Source: Tubiluchus corallicola (taxonomy: Eukaryota > Animalia > Priapulida). Taken from it: 64,000 nucleotides of DNA. How positions within the stretch are numbered: the stretch's first letter is position 1; each line of letters starts with the position of its first letter. Both the position numbers and the translations under genes were made by a program. Positions 11,660-24,429 of this stretch are shown piece by piece. The stretch is taken from positions 144,620-208,619 of the forward strand of contig JAQGDQ010000407.1 in the NCBI GenBank assembly GCA_030141605.1, read 5' to 3'. The notes below the pieces were generated by a model. The model did not search any database. It saw only the letters and a program-made list of their open reading frames with translations, and had not been told where the DNA came from.

Positions 11660-12560
11660 TCCAACATTTGGATGTAAGCCAGCGCTTGTCCTTTCTTCAA
11701 AAAAGGTGCCAGGCAATTAAAAAAATTACCGGCCAGTATCTCTTCAACCATGCTTATCTAAAGCGTTCTAACGAATAAACATTGTCGTTGTGAACAACCG
11801 AAAATCATTAAAAAATACATTTAATTTTCAATTAGATTAACAACCTGTAAAACAGTTATTACTGTAGAAGATATGGCTTTTATCTACCTGGTACCTATTC
11901 TAAAAATGGGCTTAGTCTAATAGTGAACGGTTGCTCTAGCTTTGCTATATTCTGTGCAACTAGTTGGCTGTTACAAGACATTACATGCAGACATCGTTTT
12001 ACTTATATTTCTATGGAAACTTCTACATCAATAAACGTTTAAAGTTTATTCTACTGTTATGCCTTTCGTCTATAGACAGTCATCTATTAATAAGTAAACA
12101 TTTTATTTTCAAGAACGGTGGCCCAACGAGAACAAACTTGAGCTCCAATAGCAGCGCCATCTGTTAGCTGATTCAGTAAGCATTTCGAAAGCTCGACTAA
12201 GACTTTGATTACAGTCAGATGTTACGAACAGTTTAACATAATCGCCATATAACTTGGCATAGGCTGAGTTTAAATTGTCAGGCAAATCATTTATATCCAA
12301 TAAAAATAATTTTGTTTTTAATATGAACCCTGCGTTTTGCAGGAAACAATTCTTTAATATTTAGAGAACTTGGAACCTACACGTACACGCTGGTCACGAG
12401 TAGACAAGAATGCAGAAATGCATTTTAACAGATCACCAGAAATACCATATGCTACTAATTTACATACTAACTTAGGGTATACAATTGAATCAAACGCTTT
12501 AGAAAGGTCAAATTATATGACATCAACATTTTCCCCTCCATTCATTTGTACATTCTAACA
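11660..12560. mobile_element. Degenerate CR1-like reverse transcriptase fragments
   Basis: + strand, frameshifted PFFKKG...YRPVSL at ~11690-11745; - strand DINDLPDNLNSAYAKLYGDYVKLF (decayed YADD motif) at 12109-12300. Confidence 0.6.
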
Positions 12561-12688
12561 ATTGTGTACAAGTAGATTTAGCCTTTAAAAATCGCGCTGT
12601 GCTTTTGTGATAAGAGTAAAGAGAAATTGTTAAATTATGTTAAAAGCAGTAGATTATGATAAATAATTATGTTGATAGATGCTGGGTA

Positions 12689-12980
12689 TGTTATGTTGAT
12701 GTATGAGGAAACCAGTTAAGGAGTGGTGTCACGTGATTACGTGATCCAGGAATTGAGGTTCTGGGGTTCCGTGCACGGTATACAAGACGTGCGGGGCCTC
12801 CAGCTCCAGGAATTAGTCTGAGCTTGAGTCTGGGAGCCGGAGCGTACAGACAGCCGCTAGATCAGGGGCTTGTGGCTTTGCTATCTACTGTATTATGTAT
12901 ATTGTGTTGATGTTTAATAAACGTGTCATTTTATAATCAGACTCTTCGTAGCTTCTTTGCCATTCCTCAGGCATCAATAA
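12689..12980 (+). mobile_element. Possible solo LTR
   Basis: Starts TGTTATGT; GC-richer core with duplicated tccaggaatt; AATAAA at ~12916 followed by a U5-like tract. The 3' end and TSD were not resolved. Confidence 0.4.
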
Positions 12981-13374
12981 GCAGCTATACACAACCAATA
13001 CAACGCAATAACCACTATACAACGAAATTAATTTTACTATAAGCTAACGAGAAACAAATAACGCAACAATTCATTTTTGATGCATTGTTTCCATTGCTTT
13101 GCAGGCAACGCAAGTTAACGAAATCGGTCGATAATTACTGGAGTCAACCGGGGACCTTTTTTTAAAAACTCGAATGATATCTGCCGTTAATCCAAATCGT
13201 GGTCGGAATATAGGAACGAAAGATGGGCAAAAATGGCTCTCAAAGGAGCCGCTAAGTAGTAGCCAAGTTTAGAAAATAAAAGACACAGTTAGTCATCTGG
13301 GTTGTGATTGCATTCAGTTTTCAAGTATTTCTAAAACGTGGTAGATGTTTTGTACAGAAAAGTTTGCATTTGCA

Positions 13375-13640
13375 TTAAAATATCAATTGGTTACATTTGC
13401 AATTAAAAATATCAATCAAACTATTCACAGTTTGCGCTACTTTGTTATCCTTGGCAGAACTGTCTCTTGAGAAAAAAATAGATAAAATATCAGCTTTTGC
13501 AGAATCTTCAACCTCAGTGGTATCATTTAATTTAAGATGCGCAATGCTACTCTTGCCATTGCGCTTCGAGTTTACGTATTGGAAGACTGCATTCACCTTA
13601 CAAGAATTTAATATTTTATTTTCTTTGACGCATTCAGAAA
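13375..13640 (-). mobile_element. CR1-like LINE ORF2 fragment
   Basis: FQYVNSKRNGKSSIAHLK...EDSAKADILSIFF resembles the CR1 tether region. Confidence 0.6.
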
Positions 13641-14095
13641 TATATGTATATATATGAATATATATATATATATATATATCCCAACTGTGACGGGAACACA
13701 AAAGAATTTCCTTCATAGCATATGGTGTTCTCAGAAATCTTTATTTCTGTATATAAAAAAATGAAAATAATAAATTTGACTGCTTTCACTGCTTACAAAT
13801 GTATTATAATCTAATTATTATAATTTAAGACAATAAACGTAAATATTACTCACATCGTGCAGCTATAACAACTTAATACATCCTTGGAATGTCATACTGG
13901 TTTACAGCAAATCAGGTAGAGACGCTACAAATAATTGCTTGAAAATTTATCTAAACATTATTTAACGTTTGCTGAGGCTTCTGTAAGCGTGTTCAGTGAG
14001 GCTCAACCTAATTTACAACTTCACAGGTAAAATTACAGGTAAGATCACATAGGTGCTGCCACCTACATGTTAACGCCAGAAACTGACCTTAACAC

Positions 14096-14247
14096 CAACT
14101 ATGTAAGAATATTATAACGAAGAAGAAAGCTTATCTGGCGGTCCCATGGTCAATTGAATATGTATATATATATATATTCAATTGACCATTGACCACGGGA
14201 CAGCCAGATAAGCTTTTTTCTTCGCTATAATATTCTTACATAGTTGG
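14096..14247. repeat. ~150-bp near-perfect palindrome (fold-back element) centred on (TA)n
   Basis: ccaactatgtaagaatattataacgaagaagaaagcttatctggc... is inverted to ...gccagataagcttttttcttcgctataatattcttacatagttgg. Confidence 0.9.
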
Positions 14248-15429
14248 GGCCCACCTTTTCCTTTGACTCAAATTCCGAAATGGAATAAACTTTTTTATAC
14301 CCTCACTCACTACGTTACAAAAACTGTTCCACATGTTATACACGGGTGTGAAATTTTTGCTTGGTTGATTGGCTGGGTAGGTTGGTTTGATAGCTTGGTT
14401 TGTTCTTTGCTTAGCGATTTATACAGATAGCTTGTTAAACAGTTATTTGGTTAGTTTGTTAGTCAACCAGCCTGTCAGTTTGTCAGCAAGTCAGTCAACT
14501 AGTTAATCAGTTAGCCAATAAGTTACTCACCTGATCAAGCAGTTATTTTATTTGTTAGTCAATTGTTTTGTTCTTGTTTGTTGTTATATTCACATGATTA
14601 CTCTTTTCTTTGTTCTGTCATACATTTGTTCCAATAAATAGTGACTGACTGACTGACTACTGCTTGTGTATTTAAATAACTAACCGGCGTTGCAGCTATT
14701 CAAACAGATGATTAAAGTCGGCTGTTTGCCTTTTTCAAAGAGACGACCGCCAAGATATCTTGGAGGCGCAGTGGTCTCCTGTGACGAGGGAAACTTGTAA
14801 GTTAACTTGAAAGCTAATTATCTTTCCAATTTGGTGTCAAGGCGTAAAGAACAAAAGTTCAAGTCCCTATAATAGTACACCTACGTTTTTGTGAGTTCCA
14901 GCTAAAAATAGAATAATTAGTCTGATTATAAGTGAAAAAACTGTTAAATGGTAAACCACAAACACACTAATGTGAATTTTAAGGTGAATTGTTATACTGG
15001 TGAGTCCTTTATAGAAAATGCACCAGAATATCTGAAACAAGTCAGTCAATCAGCAGCTGTAAACTTGTATGTGTGAAAGGTTTCTATGCCATAAGATATC
15101 TGCCCTATATGGATTATCATAGGTTTTCCACCTATACGTGAAAGTTCGTGACATTAAGTCTGACGTAGGTCCTTCAAACGTGGCAATACAAATTTTTTGT
15201 GTCATAGGTCATCCAGATGTAGACAATCTTCACATCAAAATCGTCTTGGCGCACCAAATGTTGTCCAAATGTGTCAAAAGAAAAGCTTAAATAAAAGAAG
15301 CTTGCGATTTTGGCATTGTTTCAATTGCGTCACATATAATATACATGTATGTATCTTACAATGTACATATACAATGTTTGTATCTTTATGTATCTTTATG
15401 TATATACAATGTTGGTATATTTATGTGTA

Positions 15430-15600
15430 AAACACATAACAAACTGTTCCCTAATTTCTTTGCAAATCCTGTGAGTTTAAACCCTAAAGTCCATAACACC
15501 AGATTTAATGAATACATTATACCGCCTTGTAGAACCAATTCAATGAAACACTTTATAAGCATGACTGCACCTGAAATCTGGAATTCCCTCCCCGTACCTG
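15430..15600 (+). mobile_element. CR1/L2-group LINE ORF2 C-terminal remnant
   Basis: HNTRFNEYIIPPCRTNSMKHFISMTAPEIWNSLP. Confidence 0.65.
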
Positions 15601-16754
15601 TGTTTTTATGTGTTCTTTGTTTATTTTGTTAATATATATTATATGTACATAACCTATATCTTTGTCAACTGTCAAATTTACAAACATTAATTGTAGTTTA
15701 TGTCTATCTTTGTCTATACCTTTATACGTTGTACTTATTATTTAAGAATCTTGTTTTTATGGCAATACACACCACCCCCATCTCTCTCCATTCTTCCCAC
15801 TATTTTTCCCCAACGTTTATTATTACTACTAACCTTGTTTCCTTCTCTTTTCCACATTTTCAGCAAGTTGCTTAGGCAGGTCTCAGTTCGTTGGTTCGTT
15901 GCTAGTTAAGTACAGTCACCATGGCAGTCAGTCAGTCAGTCAGTTAGTCAGTCAGTTCAGTCAGTCAATTTGTTAATTTCTCACTCAGTCGATCGGTAAG
16001 CATTTATTTATTTACTTATTTATTTAGTTATTTATTTATTTCTGCTTTTTGTTAAAAAACATGTATTTATTTGTTCTCATTGTTGCTTCTTTTATAAAGT
16101 CACTTCAAAAACAGCCAACATACAAAGACTTTAATATTACGCTCCCTTGAACCTGTTAGCTGATCCTGTTAACAATTTCTATGTTTCATCAATAATGTAC
16201 GTACATGTATTTTGCAATCTGTCAATAAAATACCATTTAAACTAACTTTTACCTTGGAAAAAGTCCAACTTAACACTCTTTGTCAGAAGCATGATTTGAG
16301 CGACTTGGGACAATAAGACATTTAAAAAACATGAATGATTTTTTAATTAAAATAGTATAAATATTTTAATCTATTTAACCTAACCATATACGGGGGGGGG
16401 GGGGGGAGTGGGAGAGGAAGATGACCGAGCGATGGGGTACCCACGTGTCATCCTCGTGTGCTGAAATAAATAAATGCAACTACTAAACATCTATCCCTAC
16501 GCTCCGTTTAAGGCATTGGACCATTCCTCTCTTTGTGGTTGCAAAGCTACCAGGTACTGTCCATAGCGTGCAATTTTTAGTACAGAAACATTTTGTCTGA
16601 TAACTCAAGTGATATATGTGACTAAATTCTGCATGTATGCCTGTGTATAAGCCAATTTCTAGGTAAATAAGATTGATAAATATATCGACTTCTACATATT
16701 ATAACTTTTTGGTACAGACTAAGTTTTTCATGGCTGAATTTTACACTATACTTG

Positions 16755-16903
16755 CTTATATACATATACATTATATATACATATATACATATAATACATA
16801 TATACATATATACAATATGTATATTATACAATATGTACAATATATTATTTGTATATAATGTATATATGTATATAATATATATAATTAGAATATATATATT
16901 ATA
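16755..16903. repeat. Degenerate (TA/CA)n low-complexity tract
   Basis: Direct inspection. Confidence 0.8.
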
Positions 16904-17548
16904 TGACTTGATAACACAGCACAGGTTTTGTAATAAACTGTCTGGTGTATAATTATGGGTATAAGAATTCCAAAATGTTTTGGTAATAATCTAAATGGAT
17001 ATTCAGGAGGGCATTAGAGTTTGCAGAAGTTTTAGTCGAATTTAACACATTTTCGCTTATATTTCTAAACATTATTAATTTACTGATTTCCTTAAAGCAT
17101 ATATTTAGGTGAAAACTTTGGAATGCTCTTCCCGAAAGAGATTCGTTCTTTAAGTTCTGTCATAACCTTCAAAAAGGGCTGCCAAGACGCACTTGTTTCT
17201 TGAACATTTTACTGAATTGTTTTAGTTTATCCCTGTTTTATTGATTTGCACTGCAAATATTTCAGTACATTAATTTAAGCTTTGTATTTTTGTAGCAATG
17301 ACTTTATATTATTTTCATGCAAATTTTAACTAAAAATTTTAAATTATAACTGTTTTAACTATTTTTACCGTAAATTGCAACTGCGAATCTTTGTTCAGTA
17401 TATCATATAATATCATACGTAACTATTTCTTTTAAACTGTAACAGCATAATTATTTTTATTGCAATTGCTTGTGTGATTTTTTATCTCCTTTAATTTTAT
17501 TGTAAAAAGTACCGAGATCTTTAGATGGAGTGCGTTTTCAAGAATAAA

Positions 17549-17715
<167 letters not shown>

Positions 17716-18387
17716 AAAACAAGCTTAGATACAGTCATTACATACCCGAGGATTAAAAATGTCACTGTTGCCACTCAGACTTGCGAGTGAAAGTTTTATG
17801 TAATTTAAAACAACGGCTAAGATATTGACTTCTTTAACCAATAAACACAAGTCAAGTTTCTTTTATTCGTAGAGTACTATAGTAAGTTCAATGTCTGCAG
17901 TGCCATCTATGAACAGTTAGTGAAATTGCTTATGTAATTGAATATGTCAGTCTCACAGGAGTCTCAGCGGACACTTGTCTGGCCTCTCTGCCGTCAAATC
18001 CCGTCAGCGGACATCACAACATCACCGGGGTTGTCATAGAAAAAGTGAGGAGATAGCTGGTCTTGAACTTGTCGATTATTTAGAGACATCTCCTCGCTTA
18101 TCGATCACAAACGTGTGACGCATTGATATTCGCTGACGGTATTTGAACTTTCAACCTGACTATGATTACTAACATTACTTGATTAGTATTTAAAATTGGT
18201 CACTCTTTCCAGCCATAGCTATCTATGGCTGCATCTTTGTCTTTGAGCTTTTATTTGGGTTTAGAGACAGCTTCTATTAACGATTTTACTTTCGTTCTTA
18301 GAAATGTCACATCACACACGCATATGCACACGCACAAACACGCAGCTTCTTTTAATACCTTTTTCGAAGTTCTCAAACTTTGTGAAG

Positions 18388-18938
18388 TAGGAAAACAGGA
18401 TGATTTTTCATATACACCCCACTTTCAAGAACGGAAAAAATACATTTTAACCTATAATGCTGCAAAAGCGTATTAAATAATTAAATAATAGACTAAAATC
18501 TTAATTAACGGCGCGGGAGCCCAACTAGTGATGATATCACAAACTAACATAATTTTCAACATCAAAAACATTCTATGAGCGTGTTGAAGTACAGTGCTAT
18601 TGTAAAAGATTCAGTGTGTTGTACTAAAACTAGACAAGTTTAAGATAAAAATTCAAATTTCAAATTTACCGCTGTGTTCACGTACGAGCTGTCGAACGTG
18701 TGTAGTTCGTCACAGACTAACACATCTGAACTGAGAGGCACAGCACCTGCTTTTGTGCAACGCTTTCCAAAATGCAGGTGCTAGTGCCCGTCTAACTGGT
18801 GAATGTCGAAATTGTGTTTATGTGGTAATAATTCTTTCACGTAAGTCGTTTTTGAAAAAATAGTATGTTTCCTTTCATTATTTTAAAGAGTAGATTGTTT
18901 TGATCTACAGTTTAGGATTGGGCCCGGTTGTGCTTTAA
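18388..18938 (+). mobile_element. Repeat family A, copy 2
   Basis: ggaaaacaggatgatttttca ... gggcccggttgtgctttaa. Confidence 0.8.
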
Positions 18939-19817
18939 GAACATTTATTTCTGCAGCTGTTATTAAAAACCTCGTTTCTGTCCTGTGATATTTTCTCAGG
19001 ACTTTGGATGGGACATTTTTTAAGGCTAGACGCAAAACATAGTTCAGGTGTTGCCAGCTCGATTTCGTATAAAAATAAAAATGTATTTTAGTACGAGGAT
19101 GCAGCATTTAGCACGAAGCACACTTTGAAAAATTTATTCACGCAAAGTAAGCCTAAAAAGAAGCTTCCGGTTTGTCCGTCGAACACCCACGAAACTAACC
19201 ATAATTATATAAACGCAATAAACAATTGATTAAATGTAATAAAAGTGCTATAAATTTTAGCACAAAGGTTAAAGCTCAGTTTACTGTACTTACGCAGTCA
19301 CGAAGCTAATTACCTCAACGCAATTGTAAATGTAATATAGCAAACAAGTCCCTTCTAAAAGTACGCAGTTAATAATTCATTAGGATTTACAACTGGTTTT
19401 AAATGGGATTGTCTACTTAATGTGCATGATTAGTTGCAAATTGCAACACACAGTCAAGTCGGCGAAGTGAAAGTACATATACATTTAGTTGATCGCAGAA
19501 TTTATAAAACCGATGAACTCAAAATCCGCATTTAAATTTGACAATGAATATCATTAACTGCTCGTTAATCGTTACAGTAACCCAGAAATAAAGTCGTACG
19601 TAAGCTTTGATTTTTAATGCAATAGTATTTACTTCTGTAGGGTGTTGATAGATGGTAGACGTTAGTCTATGTCCAAACGTTCTAGAATCGATTTATTTAA
19701 AGTGATGATTATGTGAGTTATCTAGTGTCACTATGTTGTACTTCACCTTGGCTTTGACCCAAAGGCCTGTATGCTAAGTACAGTAATTGAATTTAGTTGC
19801 AAACAGTGAGCGTTATA

Positions 19818-19896
19818 GAGTAAGTCACTGCTTAACGACGCTAATGCATTCCAGCTAACGTCGTTAAACGGGGAGTCGTTAACCGAGGACTTACTG
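19818..19896. mobile_element. Tiny pogo/Tigger-like MITE
   Basis: Imperfect TIRs (g)agtaagtcactgcttaacgac / gtcgttaaccgaggacttactg, flanked by TA. Confidence 0.55.
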
Positions 19897-19901
19897 TATG
19901 T

Positions 19902-20399
19902 CAGGTGTGTAAATTTCGCCCGTGGGCCACATGCGGCCCGCCGAGAGAATATGTGCGGCCCGCCAAGAGATTTGTCAACCTAATGAAAGTGCGGCCCGGG
20001 CGATTAATTGAGTGTATCCAACTGAAGTCCGTGCCACGATCCCAAAGATAGTGCGGGTAGTTTTTTCTACTAGATCGGATGCCATTAACCCTTACAAGAC
20101 GGTTGTAGCTTAGTAACACTGTACTACACAGACTGTGTGATACACATTACTATTATGCATTGTATTGGAATTACCACTATCTGTCCTGAAAGTAGAAATA
20201 TATGGTTTGTAATATAAATTTTAAGAACTTCTAAAATAGATTCTTGAGTGTAGTAGTGATGATGTACGCAGGTCGGATGCAAAAAAAATCGTTATTAGGC
20301 CTTTTTGTACTTGGCTCCTTGATCAAACTGCTCGTGGCCCGCAGGAATTGCGGGAAAGTTTAATGTGGCCCGGCTAGTCAGATAATTTGCACACCCCTG
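19902..20399. mobile_element. hAT MITE (Charlie-like)
   Basis: CAGG...CCTG termini, gcggccc subterminal repeats, perfect 8-bp TSD CTGTATGT (19894-19901 / 20400-20407). Confidence 0.88.
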
Positions 20400-20768
20400 C
20401 TGTATGTCAAAGACCACTAAATCAAAGGCATTCAAAATTGACACAGAGGGAAGTTGTTACTGTGGAGCTTCACTTTAGTGTGTTCACGGCTTTTACACTG
20501 CAAACTGGGTAGAGGATATGTGAATTTACAGCCCACTGAGGTTACAGTGAGGTGTCACGTATAAATAATACATTATGCAAAACCAAGTTTTCAAAGCTTG
20601 ATCATCCAGCAACCAATAATAATTTCCTAATGTAAATGTATAAGATTTGCTTGCTTTATTGCATTCTTTATAGTTGAGGCTTGTCGATGTAAGGATGACC
20701 ACTGCCTGATTGAAAAGTCTTGCATGACCTTTGTTTATGATTATATTTTTTGCATATAATAATTAGAC

Positions 20769-21087
20769 CAGTGGTTCTTAACCTAGGTTCGATCGAACAC
20801 TAGGGGTTCAGTGAGTCGATCTCAGGGGTTCGGCAGAGGCAAAGGCAACAGCAGAAGTCACACTGATTTGCAGGAATGTAATTTGTTGTGAGTTTATGCA
20901 TTGTGTTGGTTTTGTTCTTTGAACAGGGTGATGTTCAAGCACGGCTCATTTTGTGTACCAGTAAAAAACATATCTATGTCTTGAATTTGAAAAAAATCAC
21001 ATTTTATTTTTCACTAAAGAGGGGTAAGGTGAATACGCATATGAAACTGGTGGGGTTCGGTACCTCCAACAAGGTTAAGAACCACTG
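20769..21087. mobile_element. hAT MITE (Charlie-like)
   Basis: TIR CAGTGGTTCTTAACCT / AGGTTAAGAACCACTG; perfect 8-bp TSD AATTAGAC. Confidence 0.92.
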
Positions 21088-21978
21088 AATTAGACACACA
21101 TACAGATGGTTTTAATTAAAAAAATGCACTTGCAAAACTATGCCAAACTTGCAAATAATTTAGAAAAAAAAATTATTGAAAAAGAAAATTAATTAATTAC
21201 TGTGATAAGCATTAAATTTTTCCATTAAGCATCGCATATATTATGTGCTCCTCCTGTACACACGGTGGAAAAAATAAATAATGTTTTATTACTTAATGAA
21301 CTCAGTGACTAGCAAAAATATAATAATAGTAGTAGTGTAAAGCAATGCAATTTCAAGTGGAAATTGATAAGTGAGCAGGCGAACCTGTTTTATGTTGCTG
21401 CTTATGCGAAAGCAACAGGGGTCCAGAGTACTGTTTTGCAAAAAAACTCGGTGTAAAAAGACACGGAACCCCAGGCTTATGATTAACCTCACGCAGTTTA
21501 AATGTAAGGCGTGCAGTAAAAGTTAAATGTGTGTACGACAAGTGTTTGCTACAATTTTTGGTATCTTGTGATTTGGCTCTTGAATGAAATATTTTTGCAA
21601 ACGCTGATGAAACTATTAAGCTAAGCATCTCGCCAAGATCTTTCAAAACACGCCATATTACCATTCCATTCCACGTTCACTTAGATCCCAACAATGTTAA
21701 TCGAAGAAGTTGTGTCACTTTCTAGAGGACATTCCGAGAGGTTGTGGTTTGTCCGACCTTCTTCTGTCCACTGACAATTCACAGTACAGCACGAAGCAAA
21801 TAGAATGTCGAGTCATGACGAGAGAGAGACTATGGGAGCAAAAATGAGACTATTGCGAAAATGAGGCGCACGTATGCAGAGATACTGAAGGGCATTTTAC
21901 TATTTTAAAAGTATTCCTTAGGACACCAGCAAAATGTATACTTGTCCACTTCTCCATGACTAGTGTCTATGGATAAAC

Positions 21979-22650
21979 TTATTTTTGAGGCACGTAGTAT
22001 CGTGGATCTGTGTCATCATCTCCTGAGGTGTCCACCCTTCCATAATCGTTATCACGCTTAGAAAACAGATGTGCACCACCTAAAGAGTCAAATCCACGCT
22101 TTGTGAATAAATGTGACCCACCCAGTGTGTCAAATCCACGTTTGTTGAATAGATGTGATCCACCCAATGTATCAAATCCACGTTTCGTAAACAGATGTGA
22201 TCCACCCAAGGTATCAAATCCACGTTTAGTAAACAGATGCGAACCACCTAAGGAATCAAAGGCTCTTTTTCCACCAAATAAGTGAGCGCCACCCAAACTG
22301 TCGAATGACCGCTTCCCTCCAAAAAGGTGAGCGCCTCCTAAACTGTCAAAACCTCTTTTGTCAAAGAGGTGCGACCCGCCGAGAATATCGAATGCCCGTT
22401 TACTAGCCAATGCCGCATTGGTTTCCTCTGCGGAGTCTTCTGCCATGTCCCATGGTGGTTGATTCTCATCCGCGTCGTATAAATCCTTAAGGTTCTCAAG
22501 TTCTTGCAACTGCCTCCCTAGTGTGTGCCATTCCCTCAGCTTCTGTCTGAGCACCTCTCTCTCTTCGTGGCGCCTATCGTCAGCAACTACGGAATCTAGA
22601 GGCTGCTGGCTGTCTAGTTCATCACCAAACAAGGAATCAATTGCTTGTTC
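21979..22650 (-). CDS. Neuropeptide precursor, peptide-coding terminal exon (orcokinin-B/FCAP/pedal-peptide-like; 8 x FD(S/T/I)LGG(S/A)HLF)
   Basis: Tandem KR-flanked peptides: AFDILGGSHLFD, GFDSLGGAHLFGG, SFDSLGGAHLFGG, AFDSLGGSHLFT, GFDTLGGSHLFT x2, GFDTLGGSHLFN, GFDSLGGAHLFS. Acidic pro-region. Acceptor catttcag| before 22650, phase 0. Synonymous variation between repeats indicates coding constraint. Confidence 0.93.
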   Translation of the reverse strand, partial: EQAIDSLFGDELDSQQPLDSVVADDRRHEEREVLRQKLREWHTLGRQLQELENLKDLYDADENQPPWDMAEDSAEETNAALASKRAFDILGGSHLFDKRGFDSLGGAHLFGGKRSFDSLGGAHLFGGKRAFDSLGGSHLFTKRGFDTLGGSHLFTKRGFDTLGGSHLFNKRGFDTLGGSHLFTKRGFDSLGGAHLFSKRDNDYGRVDTSGDDDTDPRYYVPQK

Positions 22651-24090
22651 CTGAAATGACATGAAATGTAGCGTTAAGTTTTTTTTAAAAATCGTGCAAA
22701 AATTATCCCTATGATGACATCCCTATATGTCCTGTCTTTCTCCTATCAAGATTTCTCGGTAATTTGTGAACTTATTTCTATATGAAATTTGGTTACACTG
22801 AGGTCAAAATTACCGAAAAGTGTTTCTGACATGACTAAATTGGCTTTTAGACTGTTCATCAGTATCAACAGGTGGCAAGAAAAAACTTACTAAGTCAGTT
22901 GCGATCAAGTTGCACTAAATCATTGATACCCACGCTTTTAAACATTTTAGGAAATTTAGGATTTTTGCCAAGTCTAGTTAAACATTCATTTGAAAATTTA
23001 TCTTTTTTCAATTTTGAAGTTGTTTATGATCCGTCCTATATACTGAAATTTCACTGCAAACTTTAAATTACTATTAGAATAATACACAGATATGTCGAAA
23101 CTTATTCCAAGTCCAAGGCAAGTAGCATAACAAACCCAAAGTCCAAGTCCAAACATATCACTGAAAGAATGAAATTTCGAAATTCATCTCACTCACTGGA
23201 AGCACAAATCTAAAGCTGTGCAATTCTCGCTAGCTGATAGACCTATAAATTATAACTATGTGTGAAGACCTATCCAAAGTCTTTTCAGTGATTAACTCAG
23301 CTCAGTTTGGGCTACGTCTCTAGCTTTCTCTTGAGTATTAACATTATTTTGAGTTTGTTATAGGTGACTTAAACAGACATCACGTCACCCCCACGTAACC
23401 CTATAAGGAGCCCCGTGATAGGATATTTAGCGTACTGGATTCTGCTTAATTACTTGACTTTTTACGATGTCTTAATACGTTTGTTTCGTATTAAAAAAAC
23501 AGAATAATTTTTCATTTGCGTAGTCAGCACAAAATTCTGTAACTTAAGCAATCCGAGCACGGAATTGATTTTTCATTTTATTATCATTTTGTTTTTGACA
23601 GGCTTTAGAGCTAGTGGATAGAATCACTCGTGAAAATACCGCGTCAGTGCGTACTGGCCTTAACATTTCGAAACTTTTGGACATGTTCTGCGCAACAATG
23701 GCGTATGTTTTTAGGATTATTCAGTGGTGTAAAATCAAAGAAATAATGTCCAGGTTTTCGGACAACTATTCGTGTATAACACACAGGGTGGTGACCAGCA
23801 GCATCATTTTCTCGCTTTTATAATTAGGCCTAACAATAAAATATAAATAAAATTTTTTCATTGTTTTGTTGGATCTTCGTTTAACGCTAGAGAAAAACTT
23901 AGGCCTATTTCTTAAGGTTTTGCCTGGGGCTCAGGCAACTGAACTGCTTTATCACTTTGTGGCTGCAATTTGTATAATGTAAAAAATGACGCTATAAATT
24001 TGCAGAAGTCTGGTGTTAATCATAAACATGACAAAGTGCCCAGTACGTCCAGCGCGAGCTTTCGTCCTTCGTCACTTCGTCACATGCATA

Positions 24091-24203
24091 CAGGGCCTAT
24101 TTCAGGGGGGGGGGGTATTTCACCGGGGCCTCACCCTCTAGGGGGGCCTCGCGCCAAGGTAACATTTTTTGCTTTATGCGAACCTACCGCCTCCTCTCTC
24201 TCT

Positions 24204-24276
<73 letters not shown>

Positions 24277-24429
24277 TTCTCTTCGAAAATGCTTCTCCGG
24301 CGTTCTAGCAGTTCAAAAATTTTCTGGGCGCCAGCCATGGTAGCGCTCGCTCCCCGGTGCTTTGCCACCCCCCCCCCCCCGTGGGGCCTTACATCTTCTC
24401 GGGCCTCGCCTAGGCTGAAATAAGCGCTG
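24091..24429. mobile_element. hAT MITE family C, copy 1 (internal (CT)n)
   Basis: TIR CAGGGCCTATTTCAG / CTGAAATAAGCGCTG; perfect 8-bp TSD CATGCATA; homologous to 27074-27580. Confidence 0.9.

Noticed and set aside
11649-11661. Three-unit HSE (TTCtgGAAtaTTC)
   Set aside because: Isolated, no adjacent TATA, adjoining a LINE remnant; expected by chance in AT-rich DNA
12148-12167. CTCF-like motif cagcgccatctgttag
   Set aside because: Lies within a decayed CR1 RT reading frame and is probably coincidental
22651-22662. ATG at 22662 (MSFQ...) as the neuropeptide start
   Set aside because: It lies within the splice acceptor (catttcag) and no signal peptide follows
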